A stretch of 64,000 bases of DNA from Callorhinchus milii (Eukaryota), in contig NW_024704742.1 of NCBI RefSeq assembly GCF_018977255.1, forward strand, positions 66,466,001 through 66,530,000, written 5' to 3'. Below the pieces are notes generated by a model. It saw nothing but the letters and a program-made list of their open reading frames with translations. It was not told the DNA's origin and ran no database searches. Positions 12,051 to 24,624 of this stretch are shown here, in pieces; the stretch's first letter is position 1; the number at the start of each line of letters is the position of its first letter. The translations under genes and the position numbers were made by a program.

Positions 12051-15000
12051 AACCAGCTAAAACCGCATAACTTGCCATCACTGGTATTGGCGATGATGAG
12101 AAAAACTAAAATATTGTGTGCCTACTACACATTGAAATTAAATACAGAGTAAGAAAGGAATTTGCAATTCTGAAAGACCTGTTTGACTGAACATACTTGT
12201 AAAACATCTTACGTGTAGGATGAAGGTCTTAATGCCACTCTGATAGATCTAATTGAAAGCAGATTGCCTTCACCCTCTATGGCTCAGTTGTGAAATGCTC
12301 TATAAAGAAAAATCATCACAATATGGGTTTGATATCTTATTTGTGCTGATTTAATCAGCATTAACAGGATTGCAATTCATCCTGTTGGTTACTCATTGTT
12401 TGTAGGATGTCAGTAGAGCACGTTAGCTGCCATGCTTGCCTCCAACCAATTCATTCAATTTCTAAGTGATCTCTTTCTGTAAAACTCTTTGAGATGTTTG
12501 TTTCACTTAAAGTGCTGTTTCAATGTGATTTGTTACAAATGCTTGGATACAGGGTTTCCTAGAGCAGTTATCTGGAGGTTTGGGATCTTAACAATAAAGC
12601 AATTCCAAGCTACAACTGCTTGTGAGGATACTGACCAGTGAGTTTGGTTTGCCGTCACTGACATTCATCACGGTAACAGAAGTGACAATGATCTTGGGCC
12701 TACTACACATTTTGTGATCAAACGTGAGGAAGAAAGGAATGCACAAGACTATAAAAGACCTCCGTAGTCTGTTTAGCTGAACACTTTCAGTGAGTTGCTT
12801 TTGAAATGGAATATTAAAGGAGTCGGAGTATGTAACTGATGTTTGTTTCAGCCCCTGAGTTACGATGACTTGAAATGTTCTCCATAATGTTCTCCATAAT
12901 GCATTGCTTCCAATGTAACAATGTCTTTCCATGCCACTCGAGTAACTGAAGCATCAGCTTACTGGTAACCTACTAGAGCTGACGCTTTGACTGTAATATG
13001 AGAGACTGGCTCCTGTTTATTTTAAGTGCAGAAACTTGCACAGTGTCTGCCCAAAAGAATGTGCGAGTGTGTAGACCCTCATAGCGCCATGGCACGCAAA
13101 AGGAATGTTGCTGGGTGCCCTGTAGTGTCCGTGGTTTATGTAATCTGGTTTTGAGCGTTTAATCACAGTGTAAATTGTTTCGGTGCACGAACAAGGAAGT
13201 GGGTCAAATTCATTTTTGAATTAGCCTGTGTTTTGGTTTGGGGTGGTTGCAAAGCACATATTTTGCATGGGTTCCAAGGCATTGCTTTGCACATTATATT
13301 GTACTGACTTAGAGTACATTTTTAGATGCATTTTGTCTTAAAGTGGCTCAGATCAAACTGGTTTCTTCTCAGTGCAATTTATCATTTTCCCATCAGATTA
13401 GGAATATTAGCTGAAAAGATTTGAAATGCTCCCCCCAACACACACGCCTTGCACAGGAAACTACCCTGGATAGGTTACACCCTAGTTTGTGGCTTATACT
13501 GTTGAGCTGATAAAAGGCAGCCAGAAAGCTTGCTGTTTGTAACTAGATGATTTGCTGGTCCATTGGACTACTGTTCTGGCAGTCTAAAACACTGTGTTTG
13601 TGGTGGTCACTAGGGTGTGAGCTAGACACAGCAGTGCATTCCTGCTTTGCACTGAGTCTCCTCTAGACTTTGCAAGGTGTACCTCTTTTCCGAGGGAGAG
13701 AGCTCTCTATACAAGGCCATTTTGCCACGCCATCATACAGTCTCAAATTCTGTTTCTTTTAGTCTTCTGCAACACCAGAGATGGACCCATTTACCGTTTA
13801 ATTAATCTCTTCACCTTCAGTTGTTGCACGTTTGAATTACCCTGCTTTGCACTAGGGGTTCAGGTAGTAAGGAATATTACAGGGTTAATCTGCCTCGCGA
13901 TGTAGGAATGTGCCAAAGTCATTGATAACCCTGCTTGTTCAGCGGTTCGTAGGCACCCAAAGGTGGAGTGAGTTACAGCCATTACTACGTTAGTCATGTA
14001 ACAATTGCCATATGTTCAAGGTGTATTCAGTGGCCTCAGAGCTTTTCATATACAAGCCGAGGATCTTAAGGCACAGATGGCTCTGTTTGCCCCTGATGGT
14101 TCCTATGATGCTGAATTACATTGTGCATGAGGGGATGTCAATGGCAACGTGATCAGTAAACCAGTGCTCAAAGTGCAGATAGATCTACTCGAGGTTTACG
14201 GGCGTTGCACCACTGGAGATCATCTGGATGTGAAGCTTCATTAAACACTGCAGGCCCTGGGATGTAATTTGTAGTAAAATTTTAACATACGATAGGGAAT
14301 TGCTTAGACAGACCAGGCTTGTAACCTTTTTTGTTCTGCATTAGGTGAGGTATAAACAGAATAATCCCACTTTGCTGTAAAGGTCTCTAATGATTGTGCA
14401 ACATCTGTCCTTAACTACACACCACAACCTTCATCACACCTTGCTCAATGAAGAAGCTACGTAAAGTGGGCTCAGTACAGGCTCTCACTAAAATATTCAT
14501 TTTTGTATGGCTCCCAAAGACTGTCCCACTGAGGTGGTCTGGTGTAATTATCTTCATGTGCAATACTGGCACATTTAACCATAATTGGTCCTTATGTGTG
14601 TACGTACATCCCTGTCTCTGCTTCTATGTGTCTCATCAACCTATATGTATGTGTCTCTCTCTCTAGCTTGCTCTCCAACTGCTAGTGTCCCTCTCTCGTC
14701 ATCTGTATTTTTTGTGTGTATATCCCTTCTCTATTGTCATGTGCATTTGTGTCTTTTTTTTCCTGTGTGTGAATGTGTGTAGTTGTGTGCATTTCTCTCA
14801 CGCACACACAGTGATTACACGCTCCTGTACGGCAGCTGCAGCTCTCAGCAGTGTTGTTTCCGGTGAGAGCAGCTGCCTCCACTCTTCATCTCCCTTCACT
14901 CTAACTTTGTTTGCTCTAACAGAGTCAACTTGTTACTAAATATCATTAGGTTTAATGAGCTTGAAGCTTGGCTGTATTGTAGCAGTCGCTGGAAATGCTG

Positions 15001-15189
15001 CCCGGAATGAGTCTTTTCAGCTGGTTTATTGCAGTTAATGAGAATTTATTTCTCAAACAGGATTTTATCTTTTTATCAGTCTCTGGATTTCAGAAGCAGA
15101 CCATCCACCTGGAAAGTGGTCATTGATTTAAGCAGAGAGCGTTCAAATATACATTGGCAGATAAATTGTAAAGAGCTTGCCTTTCGTAG

Positions 15190-15383
15190 TCAAGATTGTC
15201 CTAACCTCTGGTACGCTCTGTCTCCAACCATCTGTCTCGCCCCTCCTGAATCTGTCTTTAAATCCCATCTTAAAACTTACCCCTTTGCCCAAGGCTATGG
15301 TAACCTCCTCCCTTGCTCGGCATTCAACCCTGCTCAGATGTTCTCCTACGTGACAAAGGCTGTATAAATGCAAGGTGTTGTTT
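15190..15383 (+). mobile_element. Short L2-clade 3' end
   Basis: LW.AL / FKSHLKTY.F remnant and tail tataaatgcaaggtgttgtt. Confidence 0.65.
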
Positions 15384-17453
15384 TCATACACTGTGTTAAA
15401 AAATAATCCTTGGTTTCAGTTGGGTTTTGCATAGTTGCCCAGAAAAGGATTCACTTAAAATAACCTGGGATGTGTAAGCATTGTAAGTCCACTTGTGAAA
15501 CTCATTTCAGTACAAAGTAGAGTGGAGGATCATACGAGTGAAACCGTGGCACATCAGATCTGTAGCTTTGCACTGAAAAATTGCACTAATGTTGTGCTTC
15601 CTTTTACGTAGAATAACCTCTCAAAGCACTTCACAAAAAGACAGTAGGTCACCAAGCAGAGACGAGAAGCAAGGCAAAGGGATTTTGAGAGAGGTCCAGA
15701 GAAATGGGGCCATCGTGGCTGAAGCGTTCAGCCACTGATGGTTGGAATGGACGGGGTATGAGACATGCAGTGGGCCAAAAGGAGTGGAGGCTGCAGGCAG
15801 AAGAATGGTGAACCTTGTAATGATGGGCTGGAGCAAGAGCACAAACAAATTTGAGGGTTGGGATGAGGATCCTTTGCTGGGGGACAGTGAGCTAGTGAGA
15901 GAAGGCAGGCTCCATCTTTTTGAGTGAAATTACAATGCAGATCTCGGGTGCTCTAAAGAATGAAAGACATTTTCTCAGAATACTTTGGGAGCAAGAGCAG
16001 CTCAATGAGATCCCACTAGGCATTGTGATCAGTATAGGTTCCTGGGGGAAATCAATACGTGAGAAACGTTGAATTTTCTTTTTAATTCCATCCATCTTTG
16101 AGACGTCTGGAAGAAGTGAAAAGCGCTATATCAAATACAAGGATTATCATATGATAATACATCTCGTGTCTGAACACGCTGTTTTTCCACTGCTTAACCC
16201 AAAACCAAGTCTGGCTTCCAGTAAACAGACGCTTCGAACACAAACTTAAGCTATTAAATTGCTTTGACAGTCATGTCTTGTGTTGATTTGTATCACACTG
16301 ATGTATTCGGTATCGTCAAATGCCCCGGCTTGTGCCAAAGCTCCAGATTTGCTGTGACCTTGAGGTTCTCTATGGTTGCATGACACACAAAGCGTTTGGA
16401 GTGGCTTTGGTCATGTATTAGCTTCTAAGCTTCAGACTTTACTTCAAAACGTCTCATCTCTATGCACGTATCAGAGCTTGGTGCACTTGTCATCTGATTC
16501 TGGTCAGACTTATGTTTAGCAGGTTGGAGGTGACAATCCTAGTTGTGTGTGGTTGTTGCAGTGTCAATGGGTTGTTACTCAAGCCCAAAAAGTCTTGAGT
16601 CTATTCCAAACATCTCGTGGTAAGCAATCAAGATAGTTTATTAAATAACAATTCATGTCGATCTATTTGAAATTGAGCTTTGAATAAATATCTGAGTGGG
16701 CAGAGGAGGGGAGAGAGAGAAACGGGGGTACTTCCACGAATTTAGAAAATGTTATCTCTTATTTGTCGATGGCTACATTGTGTTTGAAAGCCTTTCCTTG
16801 GGATGAAGGAGGTGTGTTGAAGTGGTAGTAGGGTGCAATTGCTTAGTGTTTAGTTCCTGCAATGGGCAAGGGAGGTAGTCTCTCTCTCCAAGTACTAGAC
16901 CATACTGACAAGAAAATTACTACTAATAAAAAGTCCAATCACTCACAATCACACAAATACACAGACAATCACAACAGTGGGGCCTCTCAAGTGAAATCCA
17001 TTTACCGCTTCTGGAGCCACCCTCCCCACAGTGATGTCAGGTAACCAGTGAGCGGTCCGCGGGCCAGAAACTACATTTACAAAGTGTTTGTTGCGGAGGA
17101 GGGTGTTTATAGTGGATTCTGCAGCCGCACTTCTCTGTTGGCCCAGCCGATCCCTTTCCAGAGACCGCTGCAGTTGACATGCTTGCTGTATCATAATGCC
17201 GGTTTGCTTACTGGGGGAGTAGACCAAAATGCCAGCGAGTGCGCAGCAAGCCCAGAATGGCTGACTTCCGCAACAGAAGGTCACAGTTGATGCCACTTCC
17301 TGCATGCTGCACGTGGATTTTGAAATCCAGATAGTGCAGGTCATCCTTGCACGTGCCCAGTGAATGTGTAGTGCTGACTGGTAATCCTGCCCCATTATAC
17401 TGTTCGCTCTGATTTTATGGACCCCAACTAACGTATTATAATGGGGCTCTGCT

Positions 17454-17497
17454 GTGTGTGTGTGTGTGTCCGTGTATGTGCGTGCATGCGCGCGCAC
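17454..17497. repeat. (TG)n / alternating purine-pyrimidine microsatellite
   Basis: gtgtgtgtgtgtgtgt...gtgcgtgcatgcgcgcgcac. Confidence 0.8.
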
Positions 17498-20400
17498 ATT
17501 CGTGCCCAGCTGTCACAGCTGGCTGCATGCCAAAGGAACACTTGCTGTTCATTCAGAGGAAATGCATTAGTTTCTTAACTGGAAACCTGAGGATATTTTT
17601 TTGAATGGAGCTGAATACCCGACGAGTATTGTGGCTTTAGGCAAAAAAGCTTCCCATTGGAATGGGAGCTGGTAGATGAGATCCAGCCAGGCTGAAGCCA
17701 AGACAGATCTCAGCCTTTTCTTTTGAGCAACGCATGAACAATCAAAGGGTCTTTTTTATCTATTGTTCCTGGGAAGGACATCTATTTAAAATTCAAATTC
17801 CAGCAGGCTTGGGAAGAAGGAAAACCGATAGCGGTAGACTGAGGCACGAGATGATAATCAACCATCAAGACTGAGCTGTGAACAAACCAGGGCTTTGTTC
17901 TCTGACAGCAGATAACAGGCTGGGGTACTTAGCTCTGAATAGAGGCTAGAGACATTCAGTGCAGTGAAAGAGCGCTACGAAGGTGGTAGACACTGAGAGC
18001 ATCTGGCGTTTCGCTTCCTTCAGATTCACTGTGGGGATCACAACATGAAATTAGGCCAGAAATGATCTTTAATGAAGTGAGCTCCTGTGTTTGCACTCCG
18101 CCTGTACTAAAGGACAACACTCGAGGCCTTGGGAAACGAAAACACATTAAACACAAAGGTACCCTGTAACAAATGTTACCAAGTGGGTTCAATCTGCCCT
18201 GAATTTCATGTTCTCGAGTTTCTCTTTCTTATGTGCTCCCCCCTCCAACCACACACACAGGCACACACTCACCAGATCTAATATATTGCACTTATATAGT
18301 TCCTTTCATACAGGATGGTTGTCTCAAAGTGATTTACACAAACAGATATGGAAGAAGTGAGAGTTTGAAGATGGAGTTCAGGATTTTGAAGGCAGGTGGA
18401 GGATAGATACTCCTAGATAGGGAGAGGACACACTACAAAGGTGTTTGGGGGATTGATCAGCAAGCGAGGCCATAATAGCTGAAAGTTTGGCTATCAACGA
18501 TGGGATAGAGCAAATTTAGTCATTATATGGATTAAGTTTTTGAACCTTGTTTGTTTGCGTGTGTGTCTATGTATGTGTGTATTTATGTAGGTATGTGTGT
18601 GTGTCTCTTGTGGATTATCAGACCATGGGAAGAAATAAACCTGAGGCTGATTTTTGTCCATCTACACACGTGTGCCATCCTTTGTGACTCTTGAAGCAGT
18701 CAGAAGCCATAAATCTGCTCAATGTGATCCACATCCTTTCCCATCCCAAATGCAGTGGGTTCAGTAGCTAATTGTAGCAACTTCAACTGTTGATCAGCTA
18801 ACATACAGACAGGAATTCCAACCTGTAAATTAGCGTTTGCCCGAACAGTGTATCTAAGCAGTGGGTCATGGAGTGGGGAACGGGACGAAAGTAGAAGTAG
18901 ACGTCTTGGGACCATGTTGTCTAGTGTTTATTACAAAACTTCCAAGATTTCAATATCCCAATGAGACTTAACACCTCTGTTTTATGTCTCTGTTTATCAT
19001 GGCGTATGCTGTTGCATTTGTTTCAGTCCCTTGGATCTTTGGGCTGTGCTCAAGCTACAGGATAACATCACGTCATTGTGCCCTGAAAGCTACCAATGGC
19101 AACTCATTCGTGCTGCAGTAATCTGATCTGGATGCCCTGTTAGTCACCCCACCACATGAAGGTGGTGTGAGGACACTGCCCTTCATTGTTGCTCCTTCTG
19201 TTTGGGCATGAATTCGACAGCCAGTGTAATAATAATTCTTGCATTTGACATAGTGCCTTTCACTTCAGGAGACATCTGTGTTTCACAGGATTTTACTATC
19301 AAGTATATTTTTGCAGTCAATTTGTCCTACAGCCTTGAAGTGAATGACCAATTTTAGAGTTCAATAGCGTCTTTGGCAATACAGCGCTCCCCCAACATTA
19401 TATTGGAGCATCAGTCTAAACTGGATTCATGGTGTTCAAGAGTCAGAAAGTTGTGAACCCACAACAACTGAAGCTAGATTAATAGCTGTTCATTTGTATA
19501 ATGTAGAAAAATGGCTCTAGGGGTGAGACTACCATTGGATCATGGGTAACTGAGGAGGTGGTATTTTACTGCTGTAACCCCACTGGGCTGTGTACACCCA
19601 CAGAACCTGGGCTGTGTCCACCCCAGCCCCCCCCACCCCCGGGCTGTACACTCACTCACAGTGGAGTTGTGCACGCACTCACAGCCCAGACTGTACGAGA
19701 GAGAAATTTGCTTCAGTTGCCAACAATCTGTGAGATATTAGGAATTGAGTTCTTCAAATTTTCCTAGCTTTACATTTCTTATATAATTATAAATTTAAGT
19801 GTGTGTGAACATCAGTATGCAGTGAGTGTCCTGTCTTACACATGATCCTTTCTAGATCAAGCTCTGCTATTTTTATTTCTGCCATGTTGCAGAAGCAATG
19901 AGGTGTTGAGTCCTGTCCCATAGGGCGCAGTTTCCTTGAGAGCAGCCATCGTCACTGCAGCAGTATTGGGGTATGATTGTGATGTTTTTCTGGCAACAAG
20001 TGGAACCAATGGCTCCTTCAATGGTGTCATGGGATGTACTGCAGACCAATTAACACATGCTGCTCCATCAAAGGGTTAATATTTACTGCATTCTCCTGTC
20101 TTAGGATTGTTTGCTGGTATTGACCTTTCAAAGTCCCTTTTTTCTCTCTCTCTTCCCTTGCAGTTATGTCATTCAGAAGTTGCAGTGATCAGCTATTTTC
20201 TGGTGTTTACTCTGCGCAACCAGAGTAAATCCTGATTAGAAGCCACTCCCCTGTGTTACAGCTCCAGATTGTACAAGTCATTTCCTGTACTTAAAGGCAA
20301 CGCGTTTTACTGTCTATCATTACACAATTGCATCTTTAAAGAATATGAAACACGTGGGAAAGGAGCGGAGGAATGCTTTACTTGTCACTCCTGCACCTGA

Positions 20401-20644
20401 GTTTGTGTATGTGTCTGAAGATTGCAGGCGCACACTTAATGTGAAGAGACTGGAGTGGCTCAGTTAACTGACTTACCACAGAAGGTCCACCTGAAATAAT
20501 AGGCAAATGATCCTGAAAAACTCAAACCTCCACTACCGATCCATTCCACTAAAGCAGCCTCAATGCAACTGTTGCAGTGACTTATGGTCATCCTGTCCAG
20601 ATAGATTGTTGTATTTACTTGGTGAGGTTATTACTTATAATCCA

Positions 20645-21045
20645 TTGCTCTGCGCTGTACCCTATGGTTAAGACCCTACACTCGGGGCAGTATCTTAGAG
20701 CGCTTAATAGTGGCACAGCTGGAGGGAGGGAGGAGGTTACTATAACCATGATCAAAGAGGAGTGTCTTCCAGCGGGGAAGGTGGGGGCAAGGCGAAGGGA
20801 TTGAGGAAGAGATTCCTAAATTTCCGGAAATAGTGTCTGAAAGTACGGCTGCCGATGGTGGAGCGGAGGGGACGAGTGAAGGTAGTTGGTGGTGGTGTGG
20901 GGAGTACGCAGGTCAGAGAGGTTGGGAGGTTCCAAGGCATGAAGGGATTTGTAGATGAGTGTGAAGATCTTGAAGTGGATCCATTCTGTGATAGGGAGCC
21001 AATGGAGCCTGGCAGTGGGGTTATGGAGTTTAGAGTGGGCGAATC
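20645..21045 (-). mobile_element. L2-clade LINE 3' fragment
   Basis: Minus-strand ORF 20816..21049 contains RLHWLPITEWIHFKIFTLIYKSLHAL.PP.LSDL. Confidence 0.85.
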
Positions 21046-21059
21046 TCATCCACCTCTAT

Positions 21060-21770
21060 CAGGTCCCAACCTGAGAGAAAAGCTTTAGTGGCTATTTCAT
21101 TTTCGTGGCTACTCATCCAATTCCTCAAAGATTCCTCAATATGTCCCATCGCCCAGTAAACCTGAATCCTTCTAATGTCCAGAAACCTAGCAGTTTCTTA
21201 ATTGAAACCATTTAGTTCTTTGTTCCACCACCTGTTTTGCTACTTCGTTCCATGTGCCTCACTTGGGAACAGGATGAGGCTGTTCAGCCCAACTCGCCAG
21301 TTGTAATCCCATTACATAGCCTTTTGCCATACAATTTAGCATCTTATTTCCCAAGTACCAACATCTTAGAACCATAGAAATTTACAGCACAGAAGGCTAT
21401 TGTGAGTCTCCTTCGTGCAATCCTCTGTCCCATTAAATGCAAGGATTATTGTTAACCTGCCCCTGTAACTGACTAATTAAGATATTTGTCTAGTTCCGAT
21501 TCTTTTCGTCTCCTAATTCTTTTTGCCTCTTGGCCTCTCTCTCCCATTCCTCTCACCTAGACCACATTCTCACAACACTCTGTGTGAAGAGTTTTCTAAT
21601 CCCACTTCTAACTCTTAATTCTTGACTAGCTGTAATTCTAAGACTGTATCCTCTTGGTTTGGATCCCTCGCCAGAAATGAGTCGTCCACTGTGTAGCTGT
21701 CAATTCCCATCATTACTTTAAACCCCTCTTCAGCTCTAAGGAATACAGACTGTCTAACCAGCTTCTCATT
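21060..21770 (-). mobile_element. Cluster of old CR1 3' fragments
   Basis: Several reverse-complement CR1 ends (catagaaatttacagcacagaagg; ccacattctcacaacactctgtgtgaaga, the reverse complement of an RVVRMW-like segment). Confidence 0.55.
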
Positions 21771-21778
21771 ATACCTTA

Positions 21779-22092
21779 AATCCTTGCATTTGATATCCTT
21801 GCATTTGATATAGCGCTTTTCACGTCAGGAGGACGTCCCAAAGCGCTTCACAGAACACACTATAAAGTGTAGTGACTGTATATTTGTGGGCGAACGCGGC
21901 AGCCAATTGCGCACAGCAATGTCCCACAAACAGTCGTGGGTTGAAAATGACCAATTTATTATTGTTGTTTGTTTTGGAGGATTATTGTCAGGCGGTGGAA
22001 TGAGGAAACTTCCCGAGGTTTCCCGGCCGGGGATTGAACCCAAGTGTCTCGCTTGCAAAGCGAGTGCTGTAACCACTGAGCTACAGGACTCC
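21779..22092 (-). mobile_element. SINE family B, young short-form copy
   Basis: Highly similar to 24001-24318; a 15-bp tandem duplication (tccttgcatttgata) lies at the tail. Confidence 0.9.
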
Positions 22093-22530
22093 ACACATAG
22101 ACTCACAGACACACACAGACACTCACACACACAGACACTCACACACACTCTCACACAGACACACACACACCCTTTCTCCCCCTCTCCTTCCCACCCCCAC
22201 CCCTCCAAACACACACCTTCTCCCCACCCCAACTCACTCTCACACACTCAGCTCCCACCCCTCTGTGGGATGGAAGCGGGTGAGACGGGGGTATTGTTTG
22301 GGTGGGGGCTGGTTAGGGGGAATGGTGGTTGGGGTGGGGGGGCTGTTGGGCGAATGGTGGTTGTGTTGGGGGGGACCGGACCGGCAAGTCCCTGGGCTGG
22401 CTGGTTGTGGGGGGGGGGGGGGGGCAGCGTTGTGTGTGTGTGTTGGGGCCGGTGTTGGGGCGGGGGGGCTGGTGTGTGAGCGGGGGTGGGGGCTGTTGTC
22501 GGGGGGGCTGGCGTGTGTGGGGGCCTTAGC
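22093..22530. repeat. Low-complexity tract: CA/C-rich half followed by G/GT-rich half
   Basis: Direct reading; includes a long G homopolymer at ~22409-22425. Confidence 0.85.
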
Positions 22531-22598
22531 CCCTTCATCCCAGATGTTTCCCCTTTATGCTTTCTTTAAATAGTTTCCCCTTTATGCTTTCTTTTCAG

Positions 22599-22943
22599 AC
22601 GTTAAAAAACTCAAAGAGCCTTTGCTCTCTGGACTATGAGGAAGATGATGATGAAGATGATGATGACGACGACCACCATATGAAGACAATTGTATCGTCT
22701 CCGTGTGACTCGAGCGACCTTTTAATGAGCATCATCACCCCAGGCTCTAGCCCCATCAAAGAGCATGACCCTGCCAGGTACCACATCCCTGGTGGGCGAG
22801 ACGGCTGCTGCTCAAGGAGTTGCGGGAAGGAAGTGGGCGCGAGTGAGAGCGAGGAAGACACAAGCGATTGCGAGAGCACCGAAGAAGGAATATTCCCCCT
22901 GGACTGTGGTGATCTGGATCTAGAACAAATCGAGAACAACTAA
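22599..22943 (+). CDS. FAM53A: Terminal coding exon of FAM53A (family with sequence similarity 53 member A); partial CDS, upstream exons not seen in window
   Basis: A polypyrimidine tract and CAG acceptor (AG at 22597-22598) precede a phase-0 reading frame TLKNSKSLCSLDYEEDDDEDD...SSPCDS...EEGIFP...DLDLEQIENN-TAA. From memory, this matches the vertebrate FAM53A C-terminal exon (TLKNSKSLCSL start, acidic run, LDLEQIENN end). The exon is CpG-richer than its flanks. Confidence 0.93.
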   Translation, partial: TLKNSKSLCSLDYEEDDDEDDDDDDHHMKTIVSSPCDSSDLLMSIITPGSSPIKEHDPARYHIPGGRDGCCSRSCGKEVGASESEEDTSDCESTEEGIFPLDCGDLDLEQIENN

Positions 22944-23700
22944 CGGGGCCGACTTGTCGTTCCTCAATCGGACTGGTTGTTTTTTATACTTTTTGTTGTG
23001 GTAGAGGATTACCTTTGCATAACCCCGTGTCCATTATATAAAAAAAAATTCTATTGGTTAATCCGGGCTGCTTGAAGGTTTCTTGTGCAAAGCGTCAGTA
23101 GCCCACGTCATTGTGTGTGCACGAAAGAAAGTTAAAGGGGGTTCGGTGACTTTTTAACAGCGGACGCACTGCTTTTCGCCAGTGCTTGATGTTTGAGCAG
23201 CCTGCGGGGCAATTAAAAGAGTGATTTCAATTGAATTTCATCCTGCAGGATATTTTTGGACTCTGTAGCTTTCGAGATGGAAGAGAAACGCTGACCTCCT
23301 GCAAAGTGGATGTTTTTTTAAAAAGAAAAACGGGGGCAGTCTCTTAATAAACCGCCCAGGTTTAAGTACAGTGGTGTCTGTATGGGTATCTTGCTGCTCT
23401 TTTTTTGTGGAGAGAGAGAAAAAAGTCAGTGTTGACTCTTAACATTTTACACTGAGAGAAAAGTAAATGGCTTAGTTTTTTTATATATTNAAAAAAACTC
23501 CCAAGGAATCCCAAGGCCAGCTATAGACAATGGACATCTCTCACTGCGGTCACCAGAATGTAATAAGCACTTGAGCTTCGGAAAGGAACTATGATTACCT
23601 GTTGTGATCAATTTCCCAGGAGTCCAAACCCTCAGCAATACTAGAAGGAAAGACTCATCGTCTTTAAATGAAATAAAATGGATTTTTTTTTGCTTTGCAT
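22944..23700 (+). other. FAM53A: Probable FAM53A 3' UTR
   Basis: Repeat-free sequence directly after the stop codon, with U-rich tracts and AATAAA hexamers at 23346-23351 and 23672-23677. The true 3' end cannot be fixed without RNA data. Confidence 0.65.
23672..23677 (+). promoter_or_regulatory. Candidate polyadenylation signal
   Basis: AATAAA followed by T-rich downstream sequence (gattttttttttgctttgcattttccttttg). An alternative candidate lies at 23346-23351. Confidence 0.45.
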
Positions 23701-24000
23701 TTTCCTTTTGCAGTGCACATCCTTTATTTCCTGAATGATTTTGGTATTTTCTATTCTAATAAGTTGATCCTATACAGTTTAAAGTAGAATTTTACAGTGT
23801 GCAGATACACATTAAATCGCTCTGCGGGCAGAGGTATCCCAAGGTCAGTCTTTGTAAACCTTTTATTTTGCCATTGACTTACCACTGCAAGCATGCAGTA
23901 AAATGATTTGAAAAATGATTATTTGCCACTACAGTGAACTGACAATTGTCGCTTTACAATAATATATTATACATAATATATTACACAATCTTTACAGATA

Positions 24001-24318
24001 ATAATAATAATAATCCTTGCATTTGATATAGCGCTTTTCACGTCGGGAGGATGTCCCAAAGCGCTTCACAGAACACCCTGTAAAGTGAATTGACTGTATA
24101 TTTGTGGGCGAACGCGGCAGCCAATTGCGCACAGCAATGTCCCACAAACAGTCGTAGATTGAAAATGACCAATTTATTATTGTTTTTGGTTTTGGAGGGA
24201 TTATTATTAGGCTCTGTGTGGAGTAAGGAAACTAGCCCAAGGTTTCGCGCTGCCTGGAATTGAACTCAGGTCTCTCACTTGCAAAGCGAGTGCTCTAACC
24301 ACTGAGCTACAGGACTCC
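24001..24318 (-). mobile_element. SINE family B (tRNA-Ala-like head), young short-form copy
   Basis: Reverse complement begins GGAGTCCTGTAGCTCAGTGGTTAGAGCACTCGCTTTGCAAGTGAG, with A box TAGCTCAGTGG, TGC anticodon-like loop and B box GTTCAATTCC. It ends gcgctatatcaaatgcaagg(att)n. Confidence 0.9.
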
Positions 24319-24624
24319 GAGATATAAGTAACTCAGATATGAGTAACAGCACAGTTCATCTAAAAAAATCTCAGCTCTCGGAGGGTTGGCCCTATAATTT
24401 TATTCTGTGCTTAATAAGAAGGTGAAAATAAAATCAGTCAGGGTCCCAGTTCCTCATCATATTCCAGTGGACCTCTTCATCCCCCCCACCCCCTCTTCCC
24501 AATAATAATAATAATAATCCTTGCATTTGATATAGTGCCTTATCAGGTCGTCAAGACGTCTCAAAGCGCATCACAGGATTTACCATAAAGTAGAGTGACT
24601 GCATTTTGTGAGCGAAGCGCGGCA

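Larger units (their letters stand above)
1..22598 (+). other. FAM53A: Probable last intron of FAM53A (5' end outside window)
   Basis: No ORF resembling the large Ser-rich penultimate FAM53 exon (expected to end near an RPSLDF-like motif) appears in the ORF track upstream of the acceptor. The region is repeat-rich non-coding DNA. Confidence 0.7.

Noticed and set aside
16949..17497. 182-aa minus-strand ORF
   Set aside because: It starts in a microsatellite, has no recognisable domain and no supporting splice structure.
21825..22573. Long ORFs (197, 140, 102 and 96 aa) upstream of the FAM53A exon
   Set aside because: They run through a SINE and low-complexity CA/G-rich sequence that lacks stops by composition; there is no protein-like content.
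22557..22598. ATG start of ORF 22557..22943 as a standalone 128-aa gene
   Set aside because: The first 14 codons are the intronic polypyrimidine tract; FAM53A similarity starts right after the CAG acceptor.
22634..22939. Antisense 101-aa Ser-rich ORF
   Set aside because: Shadow frame of the FAM53A exon; the poly-Ser is the reverse complement of the GAT/GAC run.
24245..24318. tRNA-Ala(TGC) gene
   Set aside because: A/B boxes and an anticodon arm are present, but there is no proper acceptor stem and the sequence continues into a SINE body found in many copies.
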